Shown here piece by piece: positions 32,405 through 43,015 of a stretch of DNA of 64,000 nt. Each line of letters starts with the position of its first letter. Within the stretch, counting starts at the first letter, position 1. The DNA lies in NCBI GenBank assembly GCA_034530615.2, contig JAVRCV020000007.1:64001-128000 (forward strand), given 5' to 3'. Both the position numbers and the translations under genes were made by a program. Source of the stretch: Aulosira sp. ZfuVER01 (GTDB lineage Bacteria; Cyanobacteriota; Cyanobacteriia; Cyanobacteriales; Nostocaceae). The notes beneath the pieces are model-generated. The model worked only from the letters and a program-made list of their open reading frames with translations, did no database searches and had not been told where the DNA came from.

Positions 32405-32890
32405 ATGTTAATGTTGCTGTTCTGTATCGAGAATGAACGTTACGCCTTAGCAAGTGAACAAATCGTAGAAGTAGTACCGCTTGTCAACCTTAAGACCCTT
32501 CCCCATAAACCTGATTATTTTGCTGGTGTGTTTAATTATCGGGGGCAAATTGTACCTGTAATTGACTTGTGCCAGTTATTGCATGGTAAACGTAGCCGCG
32601 ATTATTTGAGTACTAGGATCGTTCTCGTCAATTATCAAAAAAATCGCTCTGATTCTGGTTTGAAATCTGAAACTCCCTATATTCTGGGTTTGATGGCAGA
32701 ACGGGTTGTAGAAACCCTGCACAAATCCGATTTGGATTTAGTTGATATCAACTTGCAAATAGGTACAGCGCCTTACTTGGGTAAGATGATCGTAGATGAC
32801 CAAGGCATGATTCAATGTCTTCGGATTGAGGGCTTGTTGTCAGAGTCGGAACAAGTTTATCTACTACCAGAAAACGCTCTAAACAAATGA
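32405..32890 (+). CDS. CheW-like coupling protein (WspB-like)
   Basis: GVFNYRGQIVPVIDL and LGLMAERV motifs; first gene of the chemosensory cluster. Confidence 0.85.
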   Translation: MLMLLFCIENERYALASEQIVEVVPLVNLKTLPHKPDYFAGVFNYRGQIVPVIDLCQLLHGKRSRDYLSTRIVLVNYQKNRSDSGLKSETPYILGLMAERVVETLHKSDLDLVDINLQIGTAPYLGKMIVDDQGMIQCLRIEGLLSESEQVYLLPENALNK

Positions 32891-34098
32891 CATATTCTGA
32901 GGGCGAAGCCTTACTGAGACGGAAGATTGGGTTAGATGCAAACTCAATTGGTTCTGGTGCGATCGCCAATGTCATTACTCAACGCATGGCAGCTTGTAAA
33001 ATTACAGATATATCTGGCTATTGGGAGTATTTGCAAGCATCTCCTCAAGAATGGGAAGCATTGATTGACAGTGTAATTGTCCCAGAAACTTGGTTTTTTC
33101 GAGAGCCAGAATCTTTCGCATTATTGAAGCATTACATAGTATCGCAATGGCTACTAACTAAACCGCAGCGGGCATTGCGGGTGTTGAGTGTACCCTGTGC
33201 TACAGGCGAAGAACCATATTCTATTGCGATCGCTTTATTAGAAGCAGGATTGACGACAACCCAAGTTCACATTGATGCAGTTGATATTAGCAAACGATGC
33301 TTACTGAAGGCTCAACAGGCAATATACAATCAGTACTCGTTTCGCGGTAATAGCCTTTCTTTTCGAGGGCTATATTTTCAGCCCACTGAGTCAGGATATC
33401 GCCTAGCGGATCGGGTGAGAAGTATGGTTAATTTTATTAATGCTAATTTAGCCGATCCTGATTTTTTAATCGGTACACAGCCTTATGATGTAATTTTTTG
33501 CCGTAACTTGTTAATTTACTTCGATCCTGCAATTAAAGAACAAACTATTCAAGTCTTAGAAAGGTTACTCGCCATTGGCGGTTTGCTGTTTGTCGCCCAT
33601 GCTGAAGCTGGATTATTACTTAAAAGTAGATTTATTTCAGTGCGTCAATCTTCAGCATTTGCTTATCAAAAGGTGAGCAATCATCAAAGCTTTCCAAATA
33701 GAAATCCATCTGTTGTTAAAAGTCACTTACCTATAAAAAGTAGCTTAGAAGTTTCTCTCCAAAAACCGATAATTGTCAACGAACTAAAGCCTAACTTATT
33801 AGAAATAGTGAAAACTGCCGCAGATCGAGGACAGTTGGATGAGGCGGTACAACTATGTAAAAACTACCTCAATCAAAATCAAATGAGTGTTGAGGGTTAT
33901 GTACTTCTGGGTCAGGTACAGCAAGCAATGGAACAAAATGAGCAAGCAGTCCAATCTTTTCATAAAGCTATCTACCTGCAACCGACTCACAAAGAAGCAC
34001 TAACCCACCTAGCATTACTTAAAGAACATCAGGGAGATGTTGCTAGCGCCAGTCTCCTCTGGCAACGTATTCAACGATTAGACGAAAGAAGGGATTAG
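32887..34098 (+). CDS. CheR methyltransferase with C-terminal TPR (WspC-like)
   Basis: VPETWFFRE, SVPCATGEEPYS, DVIFCRNLLIYF, and TPR KAIYLQPTHKEAL. Confidence 0.9.
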   Translation: MTYSEGEALLRRKIGLDANSIGSGAIANVITQRMAACKITDISGYWEYLQASPQEWEALIDSVIVPETWFFREPESFALLKHYIVSQWLLTKPQRALRVLSVPCATGEEPYSIAIALLEAGLTTTQVHIDAVDISKRCLLKAQQAIYNQYSFRGNSLSFRGLYFQPTESGYRLADRVRSMVNFINANLADPDFLIGTQPYDVIFCRNLLIYFDPAIKEQTIQVLERLLAIGGLLFVAHAEAGLLLKSRFISVRQSSAFAYQKVSNHQSFPNRNPSVVKSHLPIKSSLEVSLQKPIIVNELKPNLLEIVKTAADRGQLDEAVQLCKNYLNQNQMSVEGYVLLGQVQQAMEQNEQAVQSFHKAIYLQPTHKEALTHLALLKEHQGDVASASLLWQRIQRLDERRD

Positions 34099-34416
34099 GA
34101 ATCAAATTGCTAAAATAATTGCATCCATAGTAGGCGATCGCATCCCTTGGATGCTTTTGTCACTCTGAGAATAGCAACAAATATTATTACTATTTAGATA
34201 AAAATTTTTTAAAATCTTAATATATGTTCTTATTTATTGACATTGAAAATCGTTAATTTCTTGTATTTTTTGGGAATTTTATAAACTAAAGACGTTCTTG
34301 CTTTTTCTTGCAGTCAGCACAATAAATCTAAAGTTTAAGTAAAAACTGTTAGGAAAATTTTTGTAGGTTCAATGTCAATAGGCAAGAAGGCAATAGGGAA
34401 ATCCTCATAATTAAAG

Positions 34417-34634
34417 CTTCGACTACGCTCAGATTTAACAGTGAGCGAAGCTGAACTGTTAAAGTTAGGGGATTTTGATCGCACTACGTGTCTCTTAAAC
34501 GCAAAGCCGCTTCTCTTACTCCTACGGAGAACCCGAAGGTTAGAGTAAAAACATTTTTATTTCTGTTCAGAAATAAATTTAGGGTCTTCCGATCCAAGAT
34601 TTGGGCAGAATTTCATCACTGAGCGTAGTCGAAG
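34417..34634. repeat. Inverted pair of REP/SDR-like short dispersed repeats
   Basis: CTTCGACTACGCTCAG (34417-34432) and its exact reverse complement CTGAGCGTAGTCGAAG (34619-34634). Confidence 0.7.
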
Positions 34635-34738
34635 TGTTGCCTATTATCTATTGTCTGCTCATTGGCGGAGCGTTCTCGTAGGGTAGAGCTTGGCAATTTA
34701 AATTCACATTTTTAGCAATAATTAAGAGTAAAAAACTA

Positions 34739-36412
34739 ATGTTTGAAAACTGGAAACTTAAAGATAGAACTTTACTTGGATTTTCTATTCCTACCGTTTT
34801 AATTTTTATTTTTAGTATCATCGTTTATATTGCTTCTAATCAGGCAGGAAGAACATATAGGCAAGTAGGAATATCAAATGATGCCATTATAGGTACGGAT
34901 GATATGGCATTAGGTATTGCGAATATGGATCGGTCAATTCGCAGATATGTAACTGATACACAACAAAATAAAGATGCTCTTGCAAGGTACGCTAAATCTC
35001 AGCAGGATTTTCAAGCTGGCTTCAAAGTGTCAAATGATGTTGTTGAGGATGCAGTACAAAAGAAAAGATTGCAAACTATGTTGAGTTTGATGGAAGAATT
35101 AGATGATTATGTCAAACAATTAATTAAAACTTCAAATTTAGATCAAAACAAGACAGCAATATCAGAATACATGGCATATTCTAGAAAAATCACTGATGAG
35201 TTTTATCAAATTAATGATGATTTTAATAATAGAGAAAAAGAAATCATGGGACAAAGTATTGTAGGTACGAAAGCAATGCTTAACTTAATGAGTTTTTTGG
35301 CTGTGTTGGTTTCAATATCAACTTTAGCGATCGCAGTTTTTGTCACTTTGTTAATTGCTAAATCTTTAGGGACTAGAGTCACCACAGCTGTAAAAGTGGC
35401 AGAACAAATTTCTCTTGGTGATTTGACCTCATCTATTGGAGAAAAGGAATCAACTATCAAAGACGAGATTGGACAAATACTAGAAGCATTTAAAAATATG
35501 ATGCAAAAATTGAGTAGTCTAATCCGTCAGGTACAAAATTCAGGGATTCAAGTAACAACTTCAGCCACTCAAATAGCTGCATCTGGGAAACAATTAGAAG
35601 CAACTCTAGCTGAACAAGTAGCCTCAACCAATCAAGTCACAGCAACAGCCAAAGAAATCGCCGCCACCTCTAAAGAACTGGTAAATACGATGGAACAAGT
35701 GGTAGCAATGTCGCAAATTACCACACAAGCTGCCAGTATCAGTCAAACAGATTTGGTGAGGATGGAAGGCAGTATGCGACAGTTAGCAGAAGCCACCAAT
35801 AGCATCGCCTCACGATTGGGAGTAATTAGCGAAAAAGCCAACAACATCAACAATATCGTTCTGACAATTACCAAGGTGGCAGATCAAACCAATCTCCTAT
35901 CACTGAATGCAGCTATCGAAGCCGAAAAAGCTGGAGAGTATGGCTTGGGATTTGCGGTAGTTGCTAGAGAAATCCGCCGATTAGCAGACCAAACCGCAGT
36001 AGCTACCCTCGATATTGAACAGATGGTTAAGCAAATGCAATCTTCGGTATCTACAGGAGTGATGGAAATGGACAAATTTGCGGCGGAAGTCGGGCGGAGT
36101 GTGGCCGATGTGGGGAATATCAGCACGCAGATTGGACAAATCATCACAAAAGTGCAAGATTTGAACCCTCGTTTTGAGTTGGTAAATAAAGGGATGGAAA
36201 CCCAATCAATAGGGGCGCAACAAATAAGTGATGCGATGCTGCAACTAAGTAGTACTTCCTTACAAACCGCAGATTCGTTAAGGGAAATTAACAGTGCGAT
36301 CGCCCAACTCAATCAAGTCTCACAGGGATTGCGTCAAGAAATTTCCCGCTTCAAAGTAAAAGTAGAAGATGACTCATCGATTTCTAATGCAGTTGCATCT
36401 TGGGCAACTTAA
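34739..36412 (+). CDS. Methyl-accepting chemotaxis protein (WspA-like), receptor 1
   Basis: TM-periplasmic-TM-HAMP layout; [43 protein letters not shown] hairpin tip. Confidence 0.92.
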   Translation: MFENWKLKDRTLLGFSIPTVLIFIFSIIVYIASNQAGRTYRQVGISNDAIIGTDDMALGIANMDRSIRRYVTDTQQNKDALARYAKSQQDFQAGFKVSNDVVEDAVQKKRLQTMLSLMEELDDYVKQLIKTSNLDQNKTAISEYMAYSRKITDEFYQINDDFNNREKEIMGQSIVGTKAMLNLMSFLAVLVSISTLAIAVFVTLLIAKSLGTRVTTAVKVAEQISLGDLTSSIGEKESTIKDEIGQILEAFKNMMQKLSSLIRQVQNSGIQVTTSATQIAASGKQLEATLAEQVASTNQVTATAKEIAATSKELVNTMEQVVAMSQITTQAASISQTDLVRMEGSMRQLAEATNSIASRLGVISEKANNINNIVLTITKVADQTNLLSLNAAIEAEKAGEYGLGFAVVAREIRRLADQTAVATLDIEQMVKQMQSSVSTGVMEMDKFAAEVGRSVADVGNISTQIGQIITKVQDLNPRFELVNKGMETQSIGAQQISDAMLQLSSTSLQTADSLREINSAIAQLNQVSQGLRQEISRFKVKVEDDSSISNAVASWAT

Positions 36413-36699
36413 TTGTGGATTGGAGTAAAGAGCCGTAAAAAATCGAAGTATTTAACGAGAGGAAAATTTAGCTAACTTGAAAATGGGCATAGGAAAGACA
36501 GATTTTCATACCAAGGTTTGTGCCAAAACTTGGTCTGAGTGGTTTTTTAAATTTTGAATTCTGTATTTTCTGTAGAAGTAGAGGTAATAGCTCAATTTTT
36601 TGACTCAGGACTCAGTAAATTTCCTTATTCTTTGGGAACTATAGGTGTAAAAGGTTATGGAAATTTTCTATCAAGCATTTTAGAGGGGCAATAAATTTA

Positions 36700-38478
36700 A
36701 TGTTCAAGAACGTGACTTTGAAAACGCGAATGCTCAGTTCATTTTTATTCATCGGGCTGATCGTACTGACTGTTGCCTTGCTGGGGTGGTTTACAACTAG
36801 TCAGTCAAATCGGTATATTGAGAACTTTAGTAAAAATCACATACCCACTGTGAACGGGATATGGAAAATTAACGAAGGGCAGACACAAATTCAATCGGCA
36901 GAACGCTTACTCTTCGATCCGGAGATCGCTATTACTGAAAGACAGAATGCATTAACTCAGATCCAACTTGCTTGGAAACAAATTCAAGAAGGTACTAAGG
37001 AGTACGAAGCAACACCATTTACCGAACAAGAGAAGAAAGAGTATGAAGCATTCCGGCAAAATCTGGCTCTCTGGAAGCAAGCCTATGAGAAATTTTTACA
37101 GCTTGAGCAACAGTACGATCAAATTGGTATTCGCAATCCCTGGAAAAAATCCTTGGAATTAATTCGTCAGAAGCAAGAAAATTCATCAGAGTTTACTACC
37201 ATTCAAGCTGCATTGAATTTACGCCAGCAGATGGATTCTCAGGGAGCGAACAACGAAGAACCCTTATTTCTAACAACCAATGAGCAAGCAAAAAATCTGT
37301 TGGAACTTACTCAAAGCTACATATTAAAGACACAAGAGGGAGCTGAGAAGAACGTGGCTCACAGTATCTTCTGGGTTTCTTTAGGGATCGTTATTGGCCC
37401 TATTACTGCGATCGTTTTGGGATTTGCGATCGCCCGACAAATTTCTGGTCAAATTATTGGTGTTGTTGGGGTTGCAGAACAGATTTCTCAAGGGAACTTG
37501 ACCAACCAAATCAGTGCTGATTCTAGCAGTAAGGATGAGATGGTTAAGCTATTAAGTGCTTTCTCAACAATGACCCAAAACCTGAATACCTTGATTAGTC
37601 GGGTACAAAAATCAGGAATACAGGTGACTACCTCTGCTACCCAAATTGCTGCTTCCGGTAAGCAATTAGAAGCAACAATAACGGAGCACATAGCCTCTAC
37701 CAATCAGGTAACTGTTGCTAGCAAAGAAATAGCTGCTACCTCCAAAGAGTTGGTAAACACAATGGAACAAATTGCCACCATGTCACAACTCACAACCACC
37801 GCCGCCACTGTTAGTCAAAAAGACTTACAGCGGATGGAAACCACTATGAAGCAGCTCGCAGAAGCTACTAATAGCATTGCCTCAAGATTGGGAGTCATTA
37901 GCGAAAAGGCTAATAATATCAATAATATTGTTGTGACAATTACCAAAGTGGCAGACCAAACAAATTTACTATCGTTAAATGCTGCCATTGAAGCAGAAAA
38001 AGCTGGAGAATCTGGTTTAGGCTTTGCCGTCGTTGCTCGTGAAATCCGCCGACTGGCAGACCAAACCGCAGTTGCTAGCCTCGACATCGAGCAAATGGTG
38101 AAGCAGATGCAATCATCAGTCTCTACAGGCGTGATGGAAATGGATAAGTTTGCCACAGAAGTAGGAAGAAGTATGGCAGATGTTGCCAGCATCAGTACAC
38201 AAATTGGGCAAATCATCCAGCAAGTACAAGACCTGAACCCGCGCTTTGAGTTGGTAAATCAAGGGATGGAAATTCAATCTGTGGGAGCGCAACAAATTAG
38301 TGAAACAATGATGCAGTTGAGTAGTACCTCAATGCAAACTGCCGATTCTTTGCGAGAGATTAATGGTGCGATCGCCCAACTCAATCAAATCTCACAGGGA
38401 TTGCGTCAAGAAATTTCCCGCTTTAAGGTCAAAACCGAAGATTTTTCATCCTTAACCCCAATAGATGTACCTACCTAA
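36700..38478 (+). CDS. Methyl-accepting chemotaxis protein (WspA-like), receptor 2, with 4-helix-bundle-like sensor
   Basis: Same signalling tip as receptor 1, different periplasmic domain. Confidence 0.92.
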   Translation: MFKNVTLKTRMLSSFLFIGLIVLTVALLGWFTTSQSNRYIENFSKNHIPTVNGIWKINEGQTQIQSAERLLFDPEIAITERQNALTQIQLAWKQIQEGTKEYEATPFTEQEKKEYEAFRQNLALWKQAYEKFLQLEQQYDQIGIRNPWKKSLELIRQKQENSSEFTTIQAALNLRQQMDSQGANNEEPLFLTTNEQAKNLLELTQSYILKTQEGAEKNVAHSIFWVSLGIVIGPITAIVLGFAIARQISGQIIGVVGVAEQISQGNLTNQISADSSSKDEMVKLLSAFSTMTQNLNTLISRVQKSGIQVTTSATQIAASGKQLEATITEHIASTNQVTVASKEIAATSKELVNTMEQIATMSQLTTTAATVSQKDLQRMETTMKQLAEATNSIASRLGVISEKANNINNIVVTITKVADQTNLLSLNAAIEAEKAGESGLGFAVVAREIRRLADQTAVASLDIEQMVKQMQSSVSTGVMEMDKFATEVGRSMADVASISTQIGQIIQQVQDLNPRFELVNQGMEIQSVGAQQISETMMQLSSTSMQTADSLREINGAIAQLNQISQGLRQEISRFKVKTEDFSSLTPIDVPT

Positions 38479-39179
38479 TGAACGCTGTTACTTTGTCATC
38501 CAATATAGAAAGTTGTTGGAATTTCATTGGCATTGAAGGCGATCGCTCTTGTCCTCAACTCTCTACCTACGCTCATTGTCGCAATTGCCCCGTGTACTCG
38601 GCTGCGGGACGACATCTGCTAGAACGTCCCACCTTAGAAAACTACCGCCAAGAGTGGACGCAATTACTAGCAGAATCAAGAGGTGTTAAAAATCCCCAAA
38701 TGCCATCCTCTGCTTTAGTCACCACTGACACTCTGACAGTGGTGATTTTTCGTTTGCAACAGGAATGGCTGGCACTTCCTGCCCAAGTCTTCAAAGAAAC
38801 AACCTCACCAAGCGCAATCCATACCCTACCGCATCGCAGTAACCAGTTTCTCCGGGGATTGATCAATATCCGTGGCGAGATGTTATTGTGTGTGACTTTG
38901 AATTATTTATTACATATTGAAACTGTTGATACACCACTGCCAGCCTTAAGTCCAATAGTGCATTCACGCATGGTAGTTGTGGAAAAAACAGGTAATGCTT
39001 GGGTGTTTGCTGTCGATGAACTCTATGGCATACATCGCTTACATCGACAAGAATTGCGAGATACACCGCAAAACCAAACTCAAACTTATACTCAAGGATT
39101 ATTCTCCTGGCAAGGGCACACCGTCAGCTACTTAGATGATGAATTGTTATTCACCACCTTGGCACGGAAGGTGCAGTAA
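38478..39179 (+). CDS. CheW-like protein (WspD-like)
   Basis: N-terminal CWNFIGIEGDRSCPQL...HCRNCPVY Cys-rich motif typical of WspD; IHTLPHR and NIRGE. Confidence 0.88.
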   Translation: MNAVTLSSNIESCWNFIGIEGDRSCPQLSTYAHCRNCPVYSAAGRHLLERPTLENYRQEWTQLLAESRGVKNPQMPSSALVTTDTLTVVIFRLQQEWLALPAQVFKETTSPSAIHTLPHRSNQFLRGLINIRGEMLLCVTLNYLLHIETVDTPLPALSPIVHSRMVVVEKTGNAWVFAVDELYGIHRLHRQELRDTPQNQTQTYTQGLFSWQGHTVSYLDDELLFTTLARKVQ

Positions 39180-39277
39180 GGGAAGCAAGGGGGATGAGGA
39201 AGTGTGGGGAGTGTGGGGAGTGTGGGGAGTGTGGGAAAGAGAACAAACTGTATTGTGAATTGATAGCCTTTTGAGGT

Positions 39278-39361
39278 TTTTAGCTCCGTTAATGAGGCTT
39301 TGAACTCCGTTAACGAGTCTTTTAGCTCCGTTAATGAGGCTTTTAGCTCCGTCAACGAGTC
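39278..39361. repeat. 4 x 21-bp tandem repeat with 42-bp higher-order period, flanked by STRRs
   Basis: TTTTAGCTCCGTTAATGAGGC / TTTGAACTCCGTTAACGAGTC / TTTTAGCTCCGTTAATGAGGC / TTTTAGCTCCGTCAACGAGTC. Confidence 0.9.
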
Positions 39362-39435
39362 TTAATGCCCAATGCCCAATGCCCAATGCCCCATGCCCAA
39401 TGCCCTTTTTATGCAATTTATATTTGGAAAGTTAA

Positions 39436-41742
39436 ATGTTAGAAGGATCTGATATTAGCCAGCTTTCTTTGCTGGATTTATTCAATATGGAAGTGAAAGC
39501 TCAGGTTGTGGTGCTAAATGACAATCTGCTGGCTTTAGAAAAGAACATTAATCCTAAACAAGAATTAGCAGCTTTGATGCGGGCTGCCCACTGTATTAAG
39601 GGAGCAGCAAGGATTGTGCAAATCGCACCCGCAGTTACCCTTTCTCATGTAATGGAAGACTGTTTTGCTGCTGCTCAGGCGGGAACAGTTACATTAACTG
39701 CTGATGCTGTTGATGTATTACTGCAAGGGGTAGATATGCTTTTATATCTCGCTGAAACTGCTGTGGCTAACCCCAACTCGCAGTTAGTGGAAGATGCAAG
39801 CATCCAATCTCTAGTGACAGCGATCGCAAATATTTCTGTAGCCACCACACCAGTTATTGTCACGACAGCGAATTTGGTAGAGAAAACACCACCACTGTTG
39901 AAAAATCAGGCGCAGACCAATATTCAAACAGAAATTGCTCTAGCTTCCCCGTCTCCCCCTGTTTACGTCCCTACACTTACAGAAGAAACCAGTATTACTA
40001 ACAACCGGGCAGTACGGGTAAGTACAGATAATCTCAACCGATTGATGGGTTTAGCGGGAGAGTCGATAGTGGCGACCAAGTGGTTGGAACCATTTGCCAA
40101 CTCTTTACTCAAAGTCAGAACCAATCAGGTTGAGTTGTCAAACTTATTGGAGAAGTTACAAGAACTATTGAGCGATCGCTCTTTGAGTCGGCAAATCAAA
40201 GAACATTTGAGTGCAGCCTATCAAAAAGCCAGTGAATGTAGCAAACTAATTAGCGATCGCCAAAACGAAATCGAACTATTTTCTCAACGTTCTGGAAATC
40301 TCGCCCATCGCCTGTATCAAGAAGTGATTGCTACGCGGATGTGTTCTTTTGCTGAGGGTGGACAAGGATTTCCGCGCATGGTAAGGGACTTGGCAAGGCA
40401 GTTAGGTAAACAGGTACAGTTAGAAATTACGGGCAAATATACGCTGGTAGACCGAGATATTCTCGAACGTTTGGAAGCTCCTCTCACCCAAATTCTGCGA
40501 AATGCCATAGATCATGGGATTGAATCTCCCCAAGAGCGTCTAGGGTTGGGTAAGCCAGAAGTAGGAACAATTCGGATAGAAGTTGTTCACCGGGCTGGAA
40601 TGCTATTTATTACCGTTTCCGATGATGGGAGGGGCATATATCCAGAGTTTTTGCGCCAAGAGGTTGTCAAGAAGCAACTGACAAATGCAGAAATGGCGGC
40701 CCAGCTGAGTGAAGCTGAGTTAATGGAATTTTTGTTTTTACCAGGATTTTCCACGTCCCAGATGGTGACAGAAATTTCTGGACGGGGTGTGGGATTGGAT
40801 ATCGCCTACAGTACTGTACGAGAAGTTGGCGGTACGCTGCGGGCAGTTTCTACACCAACAAAAGGCATGACCTTTTACTTGCAATTACCGCTGACTTTAT
40901 CTGTAGTTCGGACTCTGGTGGTAGAAATTGCTGGTGAACCTTATGCTTTTGGACTAACACGCATTGAGCAGGTAGTGATGTTATCTCGTTCGGAAATTGC
41001 CACATCAGAAAATCGACCATTTTTCCTGATGAATAATCAACCTGTGGAATTGATTTCTGCACGGCAAGTGTTAGATTTACCGCCAGCTTTAGTCAATCCT
41101 GAAATATTGCCAGTGATTGTAATTAGCGATCGCCTCAATCATTATGGATTAGTTGTAGACCGATTTATTGGCGAACACAGTTTAGTTGTCCGACCTTTAG
41201 ATTCTCGCCTCGGCAAAGTTCCTAATATTAGCGCCGCCGCTATGATGGATGATGGCTCTCCAGTGTTAATTGTCGATGTCGAAGATTTAGTCCGTTCCAT
41301 TGCCAAAGTATTCTCCAGTGGACAAGCCAGCCAAGTAAATCAATCTGCGCGTAAAGCACTCAGCAAAACCTACAAGCGGGTGTTGGTTGTCGATGATTCG
41401 ATTACCGTCCGGGAAATGGAACGCAAACTTTTAGAAAACAATGGTTACAAAGTTGAGGTTGCAGTCAATGGTATGGATGGCTGGAACGCAGTCCGCAGTG
41501 GTGATTACGATTTGGTGATTACAGATATTGATATGCCACGCATGAATGGTTTTGAACTCACCAACGAAATCAAAACTCATGCCAAGTTGAAACAATTACC
41601 TGTAATTATCGTTTCTTACAAAGACCGAGAAGAAGATAGAATTCAAGGCTTAGAAGCAGGTGCAGACTATTACCTGACTAAAAGCAGTTTTCACGATGAC
41701 ACACTGTTACGAGCAGTAATTGATTTAATTGGAGAAAGTTAA
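39436..41742 (+). CDS. Hybrid CheA-REC kinase (WspE-like)
   Basis: Hpt MRAAHCIKGAARIV, RNAIDHGIE, SGRGVGLD, CheW domain, and C-terminal REC VDDSITVRE. Confidence 0.93.
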   Translation: MLEGSDISQLSLLDLFNMEVKAQVVVLNDNLLALEKNINPKQELAALMRAAHCIKGAARIVQIAPAVTLSHVMEDCFAAAQAGTVTLTADAVDVLLQGVDMLLYLAETAVANPNSQLVEDASIQSLVTAIANISVATTPVIVTTANLVEKTPPLLKNQAQTNIQTEIALASPSPPVYVPTLTEETSITNNRAVRVSTDNLNRLMGLAGESIVATKWLEPFANSLLKVRTNQVELSNLLEKLQELLSDRSLSRQIKEHLSAAYQKASECSKLISDRQNEIELFSQRSGNLAHRLYQEVIATRMCSFAEGGQGFPRMVRDLARQLGKQVQLEITGKYTLVDRDILERLEAPLTQILRNAIDHGIESPQERLGLGKPEVGTIRIEVVHRAGMLFITVSDDGRGIYPEFLRQEVVKKQLTNAEMAAQLSEAELMEFLFLPGFSTSQMVTEISGRGVGLDIAYSTVREVGGTLRAVSTPTKGMTFYLQLPLTLSVVRTLVVEIAGEPYAFGLTRIEQVVMLSRSEIATSENRPFFLMNNQPVELISARQVLDLPPALVNPEILPVIVISDRLNHYGLVVDRFIGEHSLVVRPLDSRLGKVPNISAAAMMDDGSPVLIVDVEDLVRSIAKVFSSGQASQVNQSARKALSKTYKRVLVVDDSITVREMERKLLENNGYKVEVAVNGMDGWNAVRSGDYDLVITDIDMPRMNGFELTNEIKTHAKLKQLPVIIVSYKDREEDRIQGLEAGADYYLTKSSFHDDTLLRAVIDLIGES

Positions 41743-41745
41743 GCC

Positions 41746-42753
41746 ATGAGAATTGCCATTGTTAACGATATGCTCATGGCAGTAGAAGTACTGCGACGAA
41801 TTCTGAGCAACATCCCAGAGTATGACTTGGCCTGGGTTGCCTACGATGGTATGGAAGCGGTGCGTAAATGTGCAGTCGATACTCCCGATTTAATTTTGAT
41901 GGATGTACTGATGCCAACAATGGATGGTGTAGAAGCCACAAAGCACATCATGAACCAATCGCCTTGTGCAATTATGATGGTCACAGCCAGCGTGAATCGC
42001 TACGCTGGTAAGGTTTTGGAAGCAATGGGCTATGGTGCTTTGGATGCGATCAATACGCCTACTGAAGGTAGCTTAGGTTTACTGAAGAAAATTGGCACGA
42101 TCGCTAGTTTAATCGGTAAATCTTCTCGGCAGCGAGTATCAGGTGTAGTAGCCAAATCGCCGTCTTGGCAAAAATCACTACCACCACTAATTGTCATCGG
42201 CGCTTCCACTGGTGGCCCCAAAGCTTTGGCAAAGATTTTCTCCCAATTTCCCCAGGATTTTGCAGCTGCGGTGATTGTCGTTCAGCATTTGGATGCTCAA
42301 TTTGCTCCTAGTTTTGCTAGTTGGTTGGACGAACAAACTCCCATGTCTGTGGAAATTGCGATCGCTGATTCTGCACCACAGCCAGGAAAGATTTTGCTTG
42401 CTGGTACAAATCAGCATTTAATTATGCGTCCCGACCTCACCCTTGGCTATAATCCAGAACCTGCTGATTGTTTCTACCGCCCATCGGTCGATGTCTTATT
42501 TAGAAGTGTGGTGAATCATTGGCCAGCAAAAGGAATTGGAGTACTACTCACAGGTATGGGTCGAGATGGTGCTCAAGGCTTAAAACTCATGCGGGAAGAA
42601 GGTTGGCACACTATTGCTCAAGACAGGAACACTTGCGTTGTTTATGGTATGCCCAAAGCAGCGGTGGAATTAAATGCAGCAGTGCAGGTTTTACCTGTGG
42701 AAGCGATCGCATCAGCTTCAAATTCTTACTTATTTCATAAAAACACAATTTAA
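41746..42753 (+). CDS. CheB methylesterase response regulator (WspF-like)
   Basis: MRIAIVND start typical of WspF; GASTGGP, VQHLD, RPSVDVLF, LTGMGRDGA and YGMPKAA. Confidence 0.93.
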   Translation: MRIAIVNDMLMAVEVLRRILSNIPEYDLAWVAYDGMEAVRKCAVDTPDLILMDVLMPTMDGVEATKHIMNQSPCAIMMVTASVNRYAGKVLEAMGYGALDAINTPTEGSLGLLKKIGTIASLIGKSSRQRVSGVVAKSPSWQKSLPPLIVIGASTGGPKALAKIFSQFPQDFAAAVIVVQHLDAQFAPSFASWLDEQTPMSVEIAIADSAPQPGKILLAGTNQHLIMRPDLTLGYNPEPADCFYRPSVDVLFRSVVNHWPAKGIGVLLTGMGRDGAQGLKLMREEGWHTIAQDRNTCVVYGMPKAAVELNAAVQVLPVEAIASASNSYLFHKNTI

Positions 42754-43015
42754 AATCAATTTTTCTCAAGTAAATCCACTTAAATATTTTAATAAACGGT
42801 AATTACTTAAGTTTTTTCATGAGAGTATCTGCATATTTTAATGTTTATTATTGTGTATACTTTCTAAGTTAATCACGATTACTGAAACAACTGAGTTATA
42901 ATCAACCTAAATTAATTGGCTAGTTTATTATTTAGTCTGCAAATTAATTAAAAAAATTCAGTATAAATATATAATAACGCCAAAAAAACAATTTTTAACA
43001 TATCCTAAAAACGTT

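Noticed and set aside
39278..39361. Possible CRISPR array
   Set aside because: The 21-bp units are directly adjacent with no unique spacers, and there are no cas genes in the window.
39128..39416. Minus-strand ORFs with heptad and PTL/HTP repeats
   Set aside because: They are translations of tandem repeats, antisense to the operon, with no start context.
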